DNA of 64,000 bases, taken from positions 1,088,001-1,152,000 of the forward strand of contig JBLWTJ010000001.1 of the NCBI GenBank assembly GCA_048270185.1, read 5' to 3'. The stretch comes from Bacteriovoracaceae bacterium. Lineage in GTDB: Bacteria > Bdellovibrionota > Bacteriovoracia > Bacteriovoracales > Bacteriovoracaceae. The position numbers were made by a program, and so were the translations under genes. A model generated the notes under the pieces. The model was not told the DNA's origin. It worked only from the letters and a program-made list of their open reading frames with translations, and did not search any database. Below are positions 19,035 to 28,768 of the stretch, in pieces. Position 1 is the first letter of the stretch. Each line of letters opens with the position of its first letter.

Positions 19035-20054
19035 TTAAACAGGAAGTAAGAAAGCTTTTGAGATATCTAAGTTCATACAAACTTGAGATTCAATTTTGAT
19101 ATCATCACTGTCAAGGACTTGAACTCGTAATAATTTACCATTTGTTGAAAGCACTTCTAAGATATCATATTCACCATTTTTAACGATATTCTTAACTCGC
19201 CCCTTAATGGTTCCATTCTTATCCAGAAGCAAGTACTTTGGCCTAAAGGCAAGATAAGCAAATTGACTCTTACTAGTCAGACTATCTTCGACTTCAAATT
19301 GCCCCAGATCATTCTTGATTATAACTTTGCCATCACGACGATCTGATAATGGCCCTGCCACAAGATTAATAAGGCCACCAAATCTAGCTGCATCAATAGA
19401 AACTGGCTTCTGATAGAAATCAATCGGCTTAGAGTATACTTGTAACTTAGCGCCGCTTAGGTACATGATACGATCACTCAAAGAGTACGCTTCCCTTAGA
19501 TTGTGAGTGATAAAGATGAGTGAAATCTGATGTTCTTTAAAGATTTCAAAAATCTCCTGACACAATGTCGCCTTTAAGAATTCATCTATATTTGAAAATG
19601 GTTCATCTAATAATAAGACATCTGGACCGACAACCATTGAACGAGCAAATAAAAGGCGTTGGAGTTGCCCTGCCGATAATTGATCAAGCTTCTTATGGTC
19701 CTTATATTCAAGACCAAAAATTTCAATCATATCTCTGACACGATTCGTATCAGCTTGAGGATTATAGGCCAAAAGATGATCTTCAATATTCTCAAAGACA
19801 GTTTTTTCCCAATTAAGATTTGAGATACCTGAAACCATTTCAATTATTAAATTAGAATCTTTAACAACTTCACCTGAAAGAGGCTTTAGCTCACCTTTTA
19901 AAATATTAAAAAGAGTTGTCTTTCCTGTCCCCGAAGGGCCCAGTAGAGTAAGGACCTCGCCTTTATTTAATGAAAACGAAATATCATCAAATTGGCAGAT
20001 AGACTTCTGATCAAAATTATATGTTAGGTTTTTAACTTCAATTAAGCTCACCAC
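19035..20054 (-). CDS. ABC transporter ATP-binding protein (FbpC/PotA-like), no adjacent permease
   Basis: GPSGTGKTT, LSAGQLQR, LLLDEPFSN, ITHN. Confidence 0.85.
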   Translation of the reverse strand: MVSLIEVKNLTYNFDQKSICQFDDISFSLNKGEVLTLLGPSGTGKTTLFNILKGELKPLSGEVVKDSNLIIEMVSGISNLNWEKTVFENIEDHLLAYNPQADTNRVRDMIEIFGLEYKDHKKLDQLSAGQLQRLLFARSMVVGPDVLLLDEPFSNIDEFLKATLCQEIFEIFKEHQISLIFITHNLREAYSLSDRIMYLSGAKLQVYSKPIDFYQKPVSIDAARFGGLINLVAGPLSDRRDGKVIIKNDLGQFEVEDSLTSKSQFAYLAFRPKYLLLDKNGTIKGRVKNIVKNGEYDILEVLSTNGKLLRVQVLDSDDIKIESQVCMNLDISKAFLLPV

Positions 20055-20179
20055 ACTAGCCTCTCCTATCCTCCATCATCTGTAAATAGATCTCAACACC
20101 TAATCTTAAGAAATCTTTAGTCCGTATTTCTCATAATATTACCGAAAGCTTAATTAAGAGTTATTCACATGGAGAAAGA

Positions 20180-20659
20180 ATGAGCTTTGACAAAGAATTA
20201 ATTAGTGAATCGTTTTATCGAATTGAGCCAAATCTCGATAATTTCTTTCGGGCCTTCTTTGATAATGTCTTCATTCTCGATCCAGACATGGTAAAGCTCT
20301 TTCGTCATCTTGACCTCAATGAGTTGAGACCTAGGCTCATTAGGGCCTTAACAATTGCAGTAAATAATATGAAAAATCCAGAGTATTTAAAGATTTACTT
20401 ACAAAGCTTAGGTGAGAGACAAACGCAACACGATATTACAGAAACATGTTTTCCTGTTTTTGAAGAAGCATTAATTCAAACGCTTATGCTCTTTCATATG
20501 AATAGTTGGAATCCCAAACTAGAGAGTTCATGGAGAGATTTCTTCTACTATGCATTTGAACATATTTCAGATGGAATGACTGATGCCACCCTTCGACGTG
20601 AGTTCGAGGAATTTATCGATAAGAAAGAGAAAGTTGATTTCTACAAAAAAGCAGCTTAA
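20180..20659 (+). CDS. Single-domain globin-like protein; expected proximal His appears to be Gln
   Basis: LISESF..FF..FF..LDPDMVKLF, LQSLGERQ..F.VF..ALI.TL..W..SW globin pattern. Confidence 0.75.
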   Translation: MSFDKELISESFYRIEPNLDNFFRAFFDNVFILDPDMVKLFRHLDLNELRPRLIRALTIAVNNMKNPEYLKIYLQSLGERQTQHDITETCFPVFEEALIQTLMLFHMNSWNPKLESSWRDFFYYAFEHISDGMTDATLRREFEEFIDKKEKVDFYKKAA

Positions 20660-21549
20660 TTTATTTTCTTATAATTCTTAAATTCACCAGGAAGATACCC
20701 TGTCATCTCTTCTATTTTTAGTCTTAGATAATTTCTAAAATTAGCAAGTATTCGATCGTCATTTAATTGATCAAATGTAACATCATTATGATTGGCCTCA
20801 ATCCAATTCTTTAAAAGAGCAGGATGTGTTCCCTTAAATTCTCTCAGCCCAAAAACACGGTCGTATTTGTAGTCTTCAACCACATGATCCTTTCCATGAT
20901 AGAGCTTTTCAAAGGCTTTTTTCTTGTCAGACATGACTGTTTCCTTACGGGCCCAACCATAGTGAAAAATACGAGCACCTGTTAGAATTGAATTTGGCTT
21001 TCGTCCATCTTTAAAACGAAATCCTTGTGCATCGAGGTGACTCTCTAGTCCAATGCCTAACTTGATCGTTCGAACTTCCTTGCGATAAGCATTAGGGGCA
21101 AATTTATAGAGATCAGTATTTCCAAAGAAGTGCGTGTATTCAAAAAGTAGTCCTTCAATCTCTTTTCGATCAAGCATCTTCTTCATTCCTGCTTCAATCA
21201 GACCTAAATCATCTTCGTGAATGGCCTCATCTCCTTGGATGTACTGACCGATTTTCCCCTTACAAGCATTCAGGGCAATATTTGTTTGTTGAGAAAGAAT
21301 GAGACCACGACTCATAATATTTGGATCCCAGTAAGACTTAATAAATTTAAACTTCTCACCAGTTAAATTATCTCTTAGGTACTCATAAGTTCCATCGTCT
21401 TTATTACACTCTTCCATTTCAAAACCAACATTGATGATGACCTCATCACAAAGTGGCTCAATACTTTTAACACTTTCAAGAATTGGATACTCAAGAGAGA
21501 GACCATGCTTGATGAATGAAAAACCAGAAATAAGATTATTACCTATCAT
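20656..21549 (-). CDS. Glycosyltransferase family 2-like protein
   Basis: YPILESVKSI..CDEVIINVG, YIQGDE, IFHYGWAR. Confidence 0.8.
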   Translation of the reverse strand: MIGNNLISGFSFIKHGLSLEYPILESVKSIEPLCDEVIINVGFEMEECNKDDGTYEYLRDNLTGEKFKFIKSYWDPNIMSRGLILSQQTNIALNACKGKIGQYIQGDEAIHEDDLGLIEAGMKKMLDRKEIEGLLFEYTHFFGNTDLYKFAPNAYRKEVRTIKLGIGLESHLDAQGFRFKDGRKPNSILTGARIFHYGWARKETVMSDKKKAFEKLYHGKDHVVEDYKYDRVFGLREFKGTHPALLKNWIEANHNDVTFDQLNDDRILANFRNYLRLKIEEMTGYLPGEFKNYKKIN

Positions 21550-21553
21550 TTAT

Positions 21554-21973
21554 TTACCTATTTAGTTGAGATTCAATGAGAAGGAAGTCTTCGCCCTCAC
21601 GCCATTCTTCAGAAACGCTTAATGTTTTTGCGTCATCTGAGAGCTTGAAAGTTAATTCAAAACCATCTTCCTTAGAAAAGATTATTACTTCATTAGAGTG
21701 TATAAGGCCACTAACTTCACCACGGTAAAAAAGCTTTGAATCCTTGATTGTAAAAATTGAATAAGGATACTCGGCATTTAGGCCACTACAGTTATATCCA
21801 CCCTCTTGGATCTTAAACTTATCCTCACTATGGTAGAGTTTGAAGAAAACCTCTTCACATTCAAACTTAGACTTTTGGGTTTTTGCGGCCCCAAGTCCAC
21901 TCCAAGTCCCTGTGAAGTTTGCATGGACAAAGGAAGAAGCTATTAAAAATGACCCAATTAGTAATTTTCTCAT
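21554..21973 (-). CDS. Secreted hypothetical beta-rich protein
   Basis: Start at MRKLLIG signal peptide; NFTGTWSG lipocalin-like start. Confidence 0.65.
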   Translation of the reverse strand: MRKLLIGSFLIASSFVHANFTGTWSGLGAAKTQKSKFECEEVFFKLYHSEDKFKIQEGGYNCSGLNAEYPYSIFTIKDSKLFYRGEVSGLIHSNEVIIFSKEDGFELTFKLSDDAKTLSVSEEWREGEDFLLIESQLNR

Positions 21974-22040
21974 ACAAAGATTATGCAAAGCTATTCGCCT
22001 ATAGTCAAAAGAGATGGCCTTAGGTATAATTTTTATTGTC

Positions 22041-22382
22041 ATGAAAAATATCATCTTCTTAACTTTATTAGTCGCTTGTTCAAGCTCAAAACTCTACCTC
22101 AATCAAGAACAAGGTAGTCTTTATACAACTGAACAATTAAGAAGAAACCCGAGTGATGGCTTCAAAGTAAAATTAAAAGCTTCAATCTATAAAAAACTTC
22201 CGAATGACTTTTATTTATTAAAAGATAGCAAAGGCCTTATTCTGGCAAAGATTAAGGCAAAGTACCTCTTTGAAGATACTAGCTATAATAGTACGACTCT
22301 CTTTGAAATAATTGGTGAGACCGACAATGAGTCGGCCCACTTTCATATCAAAGTAGAAGGCATCGAGTTTATTAAGGATTAG
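22041..22382 (+). CDS. Lipoprotein with YgiW/YdeI-like OB fold
   Basis: LVAC lipobox; V.L.ASI.KKL.ND.Y.L.DS.G.I..I.GE.D pattern. Confidence 0.6.
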   Translation: MKNIIFLTLLVACSSSKLYLNQEQGSLYTTEQLRRNPSDGFKVKLKASIYKKLPNDFYLLKDSKGLILAKIKAKYLFEDTSYNSTTLFEIIGETDNESAHFHIKVEGIEFIKD

Positions 22383-22668
22383 CTCGACAAATATCTGGCC
22401 CATAGCGATTACAGGCGCCGCTACTACTTCTTGAAACACATTGCTCTGTACAAACAGCATCATAGCCACAAAAGTCTTGATTATAGCGGCGGCAAGCTCC
22501 ACTTGAGCTTCGTGATTCGCAATTTAGGACACATCTCCATTCGCGATCTTGAGGAGGCGATCCATCACGAGAGCAATAATAGCGCTCACCATCGATTGTT
22601 ACTGTTACATCAGCGGCCGTTGCTAAGAAGCTTGTGGCCATCATTAGAATAAGGATTAGAGTTTTCAT
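22372..22668 (-). CDS. Small secreted Cys-rich protein with duplicated module
   Basis: Signal peptide MKTLIL..ATA; CxSRSSSGACxRYxxDxC occurs twice. Confidence 0.7.
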   Translation of the reverse strand: MKTLILILMMATSFLATAADVTVTIDGERYYCSRDGSPPQDREWRCVLNCESRSSSGACRRYNQDFCGYDAVCTEQCVSRSSSGACNRYGPDICRANP

Positions 22669-22778
22669 AAGTAAATTAGACCTTAATCGAGGCAAAATGT
22701 TTAGACGCACCACAAATAAAGTAGTGAATGACAGTTTAAGGATGACATTTTATATTAGGCCAAACAAAAGGAGATACC

Positions 22779-23672
22779 ATGGTTTCAGATATTTTTGATC
22801 CAAGTGCTTGGAAAGAAGTTGAAGGTTTTGACTTCAAAGACATTACTTACCACCGTGCCGTTGACCAAGGGACTGTGCGCATCGCGTTTAATCGTCCAGA
22901 ATGCCGTAATGCATTTAGGCCACAAACTGTTGATGAACTTTACCGCGCTCTTGATCACGCAAGAATGTGGAGTGATGTTGGTGTTGTCCTCATCACAGGT
23001 AACGGGCCTTCTCCAAAAGATGGTGGTTGGGCATTTTGTTCAGGTGGAGATCAAAGAATTCGTGGAAAAGATGGATATAAATATGTTGATGGTGACGGTA
23101 CGCCAGACCCAGCAAAACTAGGAAGACTTCACATCCTTGAGGTTCAACGACTTATTCGCTTTATGCCAAAAGTTGTTGTTGCTGTTGTTCCTGGTTGGGC
23201 AGTTGGTGGCGGGCACTCTCTTCACGTTGTTTGTGATATGACAATCGCTTCAAAAGAGCATGCAATCTTTAAACAAACTGATCCAGACGTTGCTTCTTTT
23301 GATTCGGGTTATGGTTCTGCCTACCTTGCTCGTCAATGTGGACAAAAGCGTGCTCGTGAAATCTTCTTCTGTGGATTCAACTACAGCGCTGAAGAAGCTT
23401 TCCAAATGGGAATGGTCAATAAAGTTGTTCCTCATGCAGATCTTGAAAAAGTTTCTCTTGAATGGGCAAAAGAAATGAATTCAAAATCACCGACAGCAAT
23501 GCGTATGCTTAAGTTTGGGTTCAACCTATTAGATGATGGCCTAGTTGGACAGCAGCTCTTTGCTGGTGAAGCAACAAGACTTGCTTATGGGACACCAGAA
23601 GCTCAAGAAGGTCGTGATGCATTTGTTGAAAAGCGAGAGAAGAACTTCTCAGACTTTCCTTGGCATTACTAA
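22779..23672 (+). CDS. menB: 1,4-dihydroxy-2-naphthoyl-CoA synthase
   Basis: RPECRNAFRPQTVDEL, AFCSGGDQRIRG, GGGHSLHVVCD, SFDSGYG, QLFAGEATRLAY. Confidence 0.97.
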   Translation: MVSDIFDPSAWKEVEGFDFKDITYHRAVDQGTVRIAFNRPECRNAFRPQTVDELYRALDHARMWSDVGVVLITGNGPSPKDGGWAFCSGGDQRIRGKDGYKYVDGDGTPDPAKLGRLHILEVQRLIRFMPKVVVAVVPGWAVGGGHSLHVVCDMTIASKEHAIFKQTDPDVASFDSGYGSAYLARQCGQKRAREIFFCGFNYSAEEAFQMGMVNKVVPHADLEKVSLEWAKEMNSKSPTAMRMLKFGFNLLDDGLVGQQLFAGEATRLAYGTPEAQEGRDAFVEKREKNFSDFPWHY

Positions 23673-23696
23673 AAAGACGGGGGCCTCCATGCCCCC
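23671..23696 (-). terminator. Probable intrinsic terminator between convergent menB and lipoprotein gene
   Basis: GGGGGC-ctccat-GCCCCC; the A5 run gives a U-tract on the minus strand. Confidence 0.55.
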
Positions 23697-23705
23697 TCGA
23701 TTTCT

Positions 23706-25832
23706 CTACTTCCATGAGAAAACAATTGATTGGTATTCTTGTGAAAAGTTTAAGGCAACATCAAAACGCCTAATTCCAACTTGAAAATTTCCAGTCTCAT
23801 TATATTTAATTCCTGAATTATTTACTTTTGTTAAATCACTTATGAAAAAATCCTCCATAACAGTTTTGTTACCATTTTCGTCAATACGATACAGATATAC
23901 CTGATACCAGTTCAGTGCAGACTCGTCACAGTTATCACGATATTCTTTTGTTCGAAAGATTGGTAGTTTGCCATCAAAAAGGGGGCGATAATCAACAGAA
24001 GAAATTTCAGGAACAGGTGGAGCAGTAAAATCGAAGTAGAATTTCTTTGATTTAACTATTGAAGACAGCCTCTTTTTCTTATCAATAGCTTGTAGATAAA
24101 TTTGAATGTCACTACATTCAACATAGCCTAGATTAATCAACTCCCTTCCGTACACCCTCACTTCCTCGACTCCCTTTGGTAGAGGCTGCCACTCAACTTG
24201 TATTAGACTTTCTTTTGAATAAATTCCGTACTGAAGGTAATCGATTTGATTATCTTTTGGATATTCCCAATAAAGCCTGACGCTATTATCAAGAGAGCCA
24301 CGAAATGGTGTTGCTGACTCAAATGAAACTCTAAGAGGATGTTGAATGAATAAATCAAAATTGACTCGCACAATTGACTTGATCCCTTCCCTGCCTGAAA
24401 AAATATCACTTTCAGAAACTTCAAAATTATTAATGCCGTAATATTGGTTTGTCATAAGATCCAACTGAAACTTTCCATTGATACAATCAACGATGTAACT
24501 GGTTCCAAGACGCACATTCAAAATATTTACAACAGCATTTTTGAAACATCGTCCATTTAAAGAGAAGTCAAATTCTGATACATAGTAATTATTTTTTATA
24601 ACACTAACACCTGAATCTGGAACATATTCGAATGATGTTTTAAAAATGAGTCCATCATAGGATACATATTCATTAATACATTCCGCAAAGACTTCCCTAC
24701 TCTCTCCTAAATCGAATTCATCAGAACTAATAAAAAACTTGCCATCAGCATCAACTGAGGCGACATCTTTTTCGATGAGAATATTTTGTTTATCACTTGT
24801 AAATAATCGCACGGCCGATTCTCCATACATCCGTCCACAAGTTCCGCTGATGACAACTTGATCTTTTTCACTCGAAAAATACTGTCCAATTGGAGAGAAG
24901 AATTTTGCATTCTTCTGTACCCGTTTTTTATAGTAATAAAAATAGCTAACATTTGAGGAGTAGCCTTTTTTCAAACCTTGAACTGGAAGATGATATAAAG
25001 GTCCTTGCAAACTCTCTTCTAATTTAAAGTTATACTCAAAGCGATCATTTTTACATGGGACTATTTTCCCTGCCACACTTACATTAGTATATGATTTACA
25101 ATTTCCTGTTAAAGATAAGTATCCATCAGTAGTTCCACTAATTTTTTCATCTATAAAGATAGAGTGATTTTCTTCACGATAATGATATATTTTCATAATG
25201 AACTCTGAACTATTTCCATAGGAGTCCACTTGATTAAGAGCAAAGAGCAGGCGTGCTCTTTTGGCATATATATTCTTTAGGTATAGAGGAGTAAAAAATA
25301 TCCCATGAGAGCATTTTACCGTTTTAATTAAGTCATCAATATAAAAACTTCGAATATTAACTAAGGATTTGTGTTCGCACTTACCACTAAAGTAAAGGGT
25401 CTTACCGTTTAAATAACCAGGTAAAGGAGTATCAACAATGACAGGTGCAGGCTTTTTAGTATCAACATGAGAAAAAATCATTCTCTTACTTCGTTTTCCC
25501 TGACTAACTGTAAACTCCTGTCGACCTTCAATTTCTTCTTTAAAACGCACACTGATTTCAAATCGATCATTAGTGCAGTCTGTTGAAAGCTTTTGATTAT
25601 TAGCTAGGTTAGAACCAGAAAGGTAAATATTCTGATCACCTACACAATTGCCTGTAATCTGAACTTCTTTAAGATTAGGAGTTAGCGTAAGTAATCTGGC
25701 GTCGAACTTTTCATTCGTCATAGCTCCTTTTTCATAAAAGTCTTCGATTGAACTAATGCTACGCCCCTGCTGGTTACAGGACCAAGTTGTACTAACGAGA
25801 AAAATAAGAATAAGAAAATTTAAAAGGCCCAT
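23706..25832 (-). CDS. Large lipoprotein with repeated disulfide-containing Ig-like modules
   Basis: TWSC lipobox; four GxC...CxxxxF modules plus a fifth GTC module; C-terminal FN3-like region. Confidence 0.7.
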   Translation of the reverse strand: MGLLNFLILIFLVSTTWSCNQQGRSISSIEDFYEKGAMTNEKFDARLLTLTPNLKEVQITGNCVGDQNIYLSGSNLANNQKLSTDCTNDRFEISVRFKEEIEGRQEFTVSQGKRSKRMIFSHVDTKKPAPVIVDTPLPGYLNGKTLYFSGKCEHKSLVNIRSFYIDDLIKTVKCSHGIFFTPLYLKNIYAKRARLLFALNQVDSYGNSSEFIMKIYHYREENHSIFIDEKISGTTDGYLSLTGNCKSYTNVSVAGKIVPCKNDRFEYNFKLEESLQGPLYHLPVQGLKKGYSSNVSYFYYYKKRVQKNAKFFSPIGQYFSSEKDQVVISGTCGRMYGESAVRLFTSDKQNILIEKDVASVDADGKFFISSDEFDLGESREVFAECINEYVSYDGLIFKTSFEYVPDSGVSVIKNNYYVSEFDFSLNGRCFKNAVVNILNVRLGTSYIVDCINGKFQLDLMTNQYYGINNFEVSESDIFSGREGIKSIVRVNFDLFIQHPLRVSFESATPFRGSLDNSVRLYWEYPKDNQIDYLQYGIYSKESLIQVEWQPLPKGVEEVRVYGRELINLGYVECSDIQIYLQAIDKKKRLSSIVKSKKFYFDFTAPPVPEISSVDYRPLFDGKLPIFRTKEYRDNCDESALNWYQVYLYRIDENGNKTVMEDFFISDLTKVNNSGIKYNETGNFQVGIRRFDVALNFSQEYQSIVFSWK

Positions 25833-25884
25833 ACAAACCTATCGGCCAGGGCCTTTAGGTTTGTAAGTTAATAAAGTTTAAGAA

Positions 25885-26238
25885 TTAAAATTGATTAAAA
25901 ATCGCTGTTAAAATTAAAAGAAGAATGAGATTCCCAACGAAAACCGCATCTCTTAAACTCATTGTGAGGTTTAAGGCTTTTACAATATCACTCTTAGATG
26001 GAGATCTTCCCATCGATAACTGAAGTTGCCTAAAGAGCTTTCCTTCTACACTTCTTTTAAAATGAGCATCCTTAAAGAAAGCAACTCTAAGGCCTATTAT
26101 TAAGCAAACAAAGTATAGCCATAGATTAGAAATCCCCAGATCACTTGCAAACGAATATATCAGAAGCATTGGAAGCTGTACCATTAACAAATAGACTAAG
26201 ATTGTCGCAGTATTATTCTTTATTCCTATAGCAAACAC
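25885..26238 (-). CDS. Hypothetical membrane protein
   Basis: Three hydrophobic segments; GTG start overlapping the pepD stop. Confidence 0.65.
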   Translation of the reverse strand: MFAIGIKNNTATILVYLLMVQLPMLLIYSFASDLGISNLWLYFVCLIIGLRVAFFKDAHFKRSVEGKLFRQLQLSMGRSPSKSDIVKALNLTMSLRDAVFVGNLILLLILTAIFNQF

Positions 26239-27671
26239 TAGATAAGCCTTTTGACAAGATTAAGGAATAGCTCCCACGTCTTTTCAACTGATGTAATTGA
26301 AACTTGTTCATCAGGCGAATGTGCACCTGTAATCGTTGGACCAAAACTTATGATATCGACATCAGGCATCGCCTTTGAAAGAATACCACATTCAAGACCT
26401 GCATGAATCGAAGAAATAATTGGAGCCTTCCCTCTTAATTCTTTAAATGCTTCACTTGTTAGTGCCAAAACTTTTGATTCGGGATTAGGAGTCCAACCAG
26501 GATATGCACCTTCTAGTGTATGATTTAGACCTGCCTGAGTATTAATCATTTCCTGAGCAAAACTATCACGAGCATCTTCACTAGAGCTTCTTATCAAGTT
26601 GGCCATTGAAAACTTCCCTTCTTCAAGAGTTATAACTCCAAGATTCGTAGAGGTTTCAACAACACCTTCAAAGTTTTGATCCCAAGCTTTTACCCCATGA
26701 AAGCAATTTTCAATTGCTGTAAGGATTTTATTTGAGTCATCTGTTGATAGTGCACTTTGTTTTTGAGCTAAAGATGAGATTTCAAATTTAATACCAGCTT
26801 CTGCTTCTTGATTCTTTTGCCAAAGTGTTTCTAATCTTCCGCGAAGAGAGTTTAGATCTTCAGTCGATGCATAGAATTTTACAAAGGCTTCACGTGCTAT
26901 TGCATTTCTAAGTGATCCACCAGTAATGGAAGCTATTCTTAATGAAGGTAATCCCTTTAAAGCCTCTGGAATTAACTTATTCGCATTAAGCCGTCCACGA
27001 TGAATATCAATTCCCGAGTGACCACCTTTTAAACCTTTTATAGCAAGCTGTGAAAATTCAAGATCACTTTCACTTGTTGTAAATTCAGTATCAAAAATGA
27101 GATCAACACCACCTGCACAACCAATAATTAACTCATCTTCTTCTTCCGTATCAAGATTAAGCATCACCTTTCCATCAAAGTGATGGCCCTTAAGACCGAT
27201 AGCACCGTGCATTCCAGCTTCTTCACAGGCAGTAAAAACACACTCGAGAGGCGGGTGAGCAATATCTTTACTCTCAAGAAGTCCCATCGCAAAGGCACAA
27301 CCAATACCATTATCAGCACCAAGAGTTGTCCCATTAGCACGAACCCAATCTCCATCGATAACTGTCGTGATTGGATCTTTTTTGAAATCGTGATCATTGC
27401 CTTCATTTTTTTGCGCAACCATATCAAGGTGACCTTGTAGAATAATTGGAGCAGAATTCTCTCCCCCTAACTGTCCTGGCTTTTTAATAATTATATTATT
27501 AACGTCATCACGATATGACTCAAGGCCTAGGCTCTTTCCAAAAAGAAGCATTAAAGTTTGAACAGCATCTTCATGGTAACTTGGTCTTGGAGTATCTAGT
27601 AATTTTTGAAAGTTTCGCCACACTAATTGTGGGCCAATATTTTCGACACGTGTTTGATTTGATTGATTCAT
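26238..27671 (-). CDS. pepD: Aminoacyl-histidine dipeptidase (M20C)
   Basis: PRPSYHE, ILQGHLDMV, TTLGADNGIG, EEAGM, NLDTEE, GGHSG, HAGLECG, GAHSPDE. Confidence 0.95.
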   Translation of the reverse strand: MNQSNQTRVENIGPQLVWRNFQKLLDTPRPSYHEDAVQTLMLLFGKSLGLESYRDDVNNIIIKKPGQLGGENSAPIILQGHLDMVAQKNEGNDHDFKKDPITTVIDGDWVRANGTTLGADNGIGCAFAMGLLESKDIAHPPLECVFTACEEAGMHGAIGLKGHHFDGKVMLNLDTEEEDELIIGCAGGVDLIFDTEFTTSESDLEFSQLAIKGLKGGHSGIDIHRGRLNANKLIPEALKGLPSLRIASITGGSLRNAIAREAFVKFYASTEDLNSLRGRLETLWQKNQEAEAGIKFEISSLAQKQSALSTDDSNKILTAIENCFHGVKAWDQNFEGVVETSTNLGVITLEEGKFSMANLIRSSSEDARDSFAQEMINTQAGLNHTLEGAYPGWTPNPESKVLALTSEAFKELRGKAPIISSIHAGLECGILSKAMPDVDIISFGPTITGAHSPDEQVSITSVEKTWELFLNLVKRLI

Positions 27672-27707
27672 CGTTTTAACTCGCTTGTTAAATTTTTAAT
27701 CAATCTA

Positions 27708-28613
27708 CTATGCCACTTCTTTTTCGTCATCCCCTTTTGTATCTTCTTCATCGTCATAATGAGGGAATTGAGGATGCTCACGGGCCTCTTCAAGAAGGTA
27801 CATATCAACAATATGTGGTCTCCAGCTCAAATAAATCCCATCGAGTTTATCGAGAGTCACATCTGGATTATAGAGAGGGCTCTTTTCGACATCGAGGTGG
27901 TAAATATCAAGACTTCCTTCTTTATCAAAGTAATCTCTTAAATTAGCGCCTCGCGAAAGGTAAAGCTTTCTAACTGTTGAATGCTTCTGTCCTCCTCCTT
28001 CAATATTGAGAATCAAATTATAATAACGATATTCAATGGCCAAATTGATGCAATTATATTTTAAGTCTGTTCGAAATTCATATGGCCTAGCATTTTCAGA
28101 ACCTAAATTATGAATCATCCTAACTCCATCAAGCACAATTCCACCTAATTTTTGAGAACTACGAGCACGAGATTTTGAAATGGTAATGGAGCCATTTTTC
28201 TTATAGCGAAGAAAATCAATTTCAACACCAGCGATAAAGCCAGGTCTAACGACTTCGTTAAGCAGGATGCTATAGCAACTCTCATCAGACATGGCCACCA
28301 TACTTCCAAGCTTTGAAGTACTCACTGTAATATAGCGCTTCTGGCCATAAATATTAGTTACCTCGAGTGCTGCTTTAGTGCCTGCATAGATTTCAATCCA
28401 ATTGACTTGCTTCTTAGTTTGAATGTGAAACTCACCAAAAATACCAGAACTTGGCCCCCCCATAATCACATTGCAGTTAAGGCTAGACTTGAGTCTCTTT
28501 GCAAATTGCTGCTCATAGGACCGATGAACATTAATATATTCTAATAATTCCTCTTTAAAGAATATTTGTTCACTAAGCTTCTCTAATTCAAGTTCAAATT
28601 CTAGTTTCTTCAT
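27708..28613 (-). CDS. Hypothetical protein
   Basis: 301-aa ORF, no recognised motif, acidic C-terminal tail. Confidence 0.7.
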   Translation of the reverse strand: MKKLEFELELEKLSEQIFFKEELLEYINVHRSYEQQFAKRLKSSLNCNVIMGGPSSGIFGEFHIQTKKQVNWIEIYAGTKAALEVTNIYGQKRYITVSTSKLGSMVAMSDESCYSILLNEVVRPGFIAGVEIDFLRYKKNGSITISKSRARSSQKLGGIVLDGVRMIHNLGSENARPYEFRTDLKYNCINLAIEYRYYNLILNIEGGGQKHSTVRKLYLSRGANLRDYFDKEGSLDIYHLDVEKSPLYNPDVTLDKLDGIYLSWRPHIVDMYLLEEAREHPQFPHYDDEEDTKGDDEKEVA

Positions 28614-28768
28614 ACAGGGATTATCGTCGAAAGCTTAATGCGCAACGAGTTAAAAAAACTTAATTTACGCAACACGGCGCAACTCTTAACAGACTAGCAA
28701 AATACGATGAAAAGTGGTAAAAAGGCTGTATAATTCAAAATTAATTTAACTCAAAAAGTCGAGGATCT

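Noticed and set aside
28641..28684. Three CGCAAC hexamers upstream of acnB
   Set aside because: Short and irregularly spaced; cannot be distinguished from chance without comparative data.
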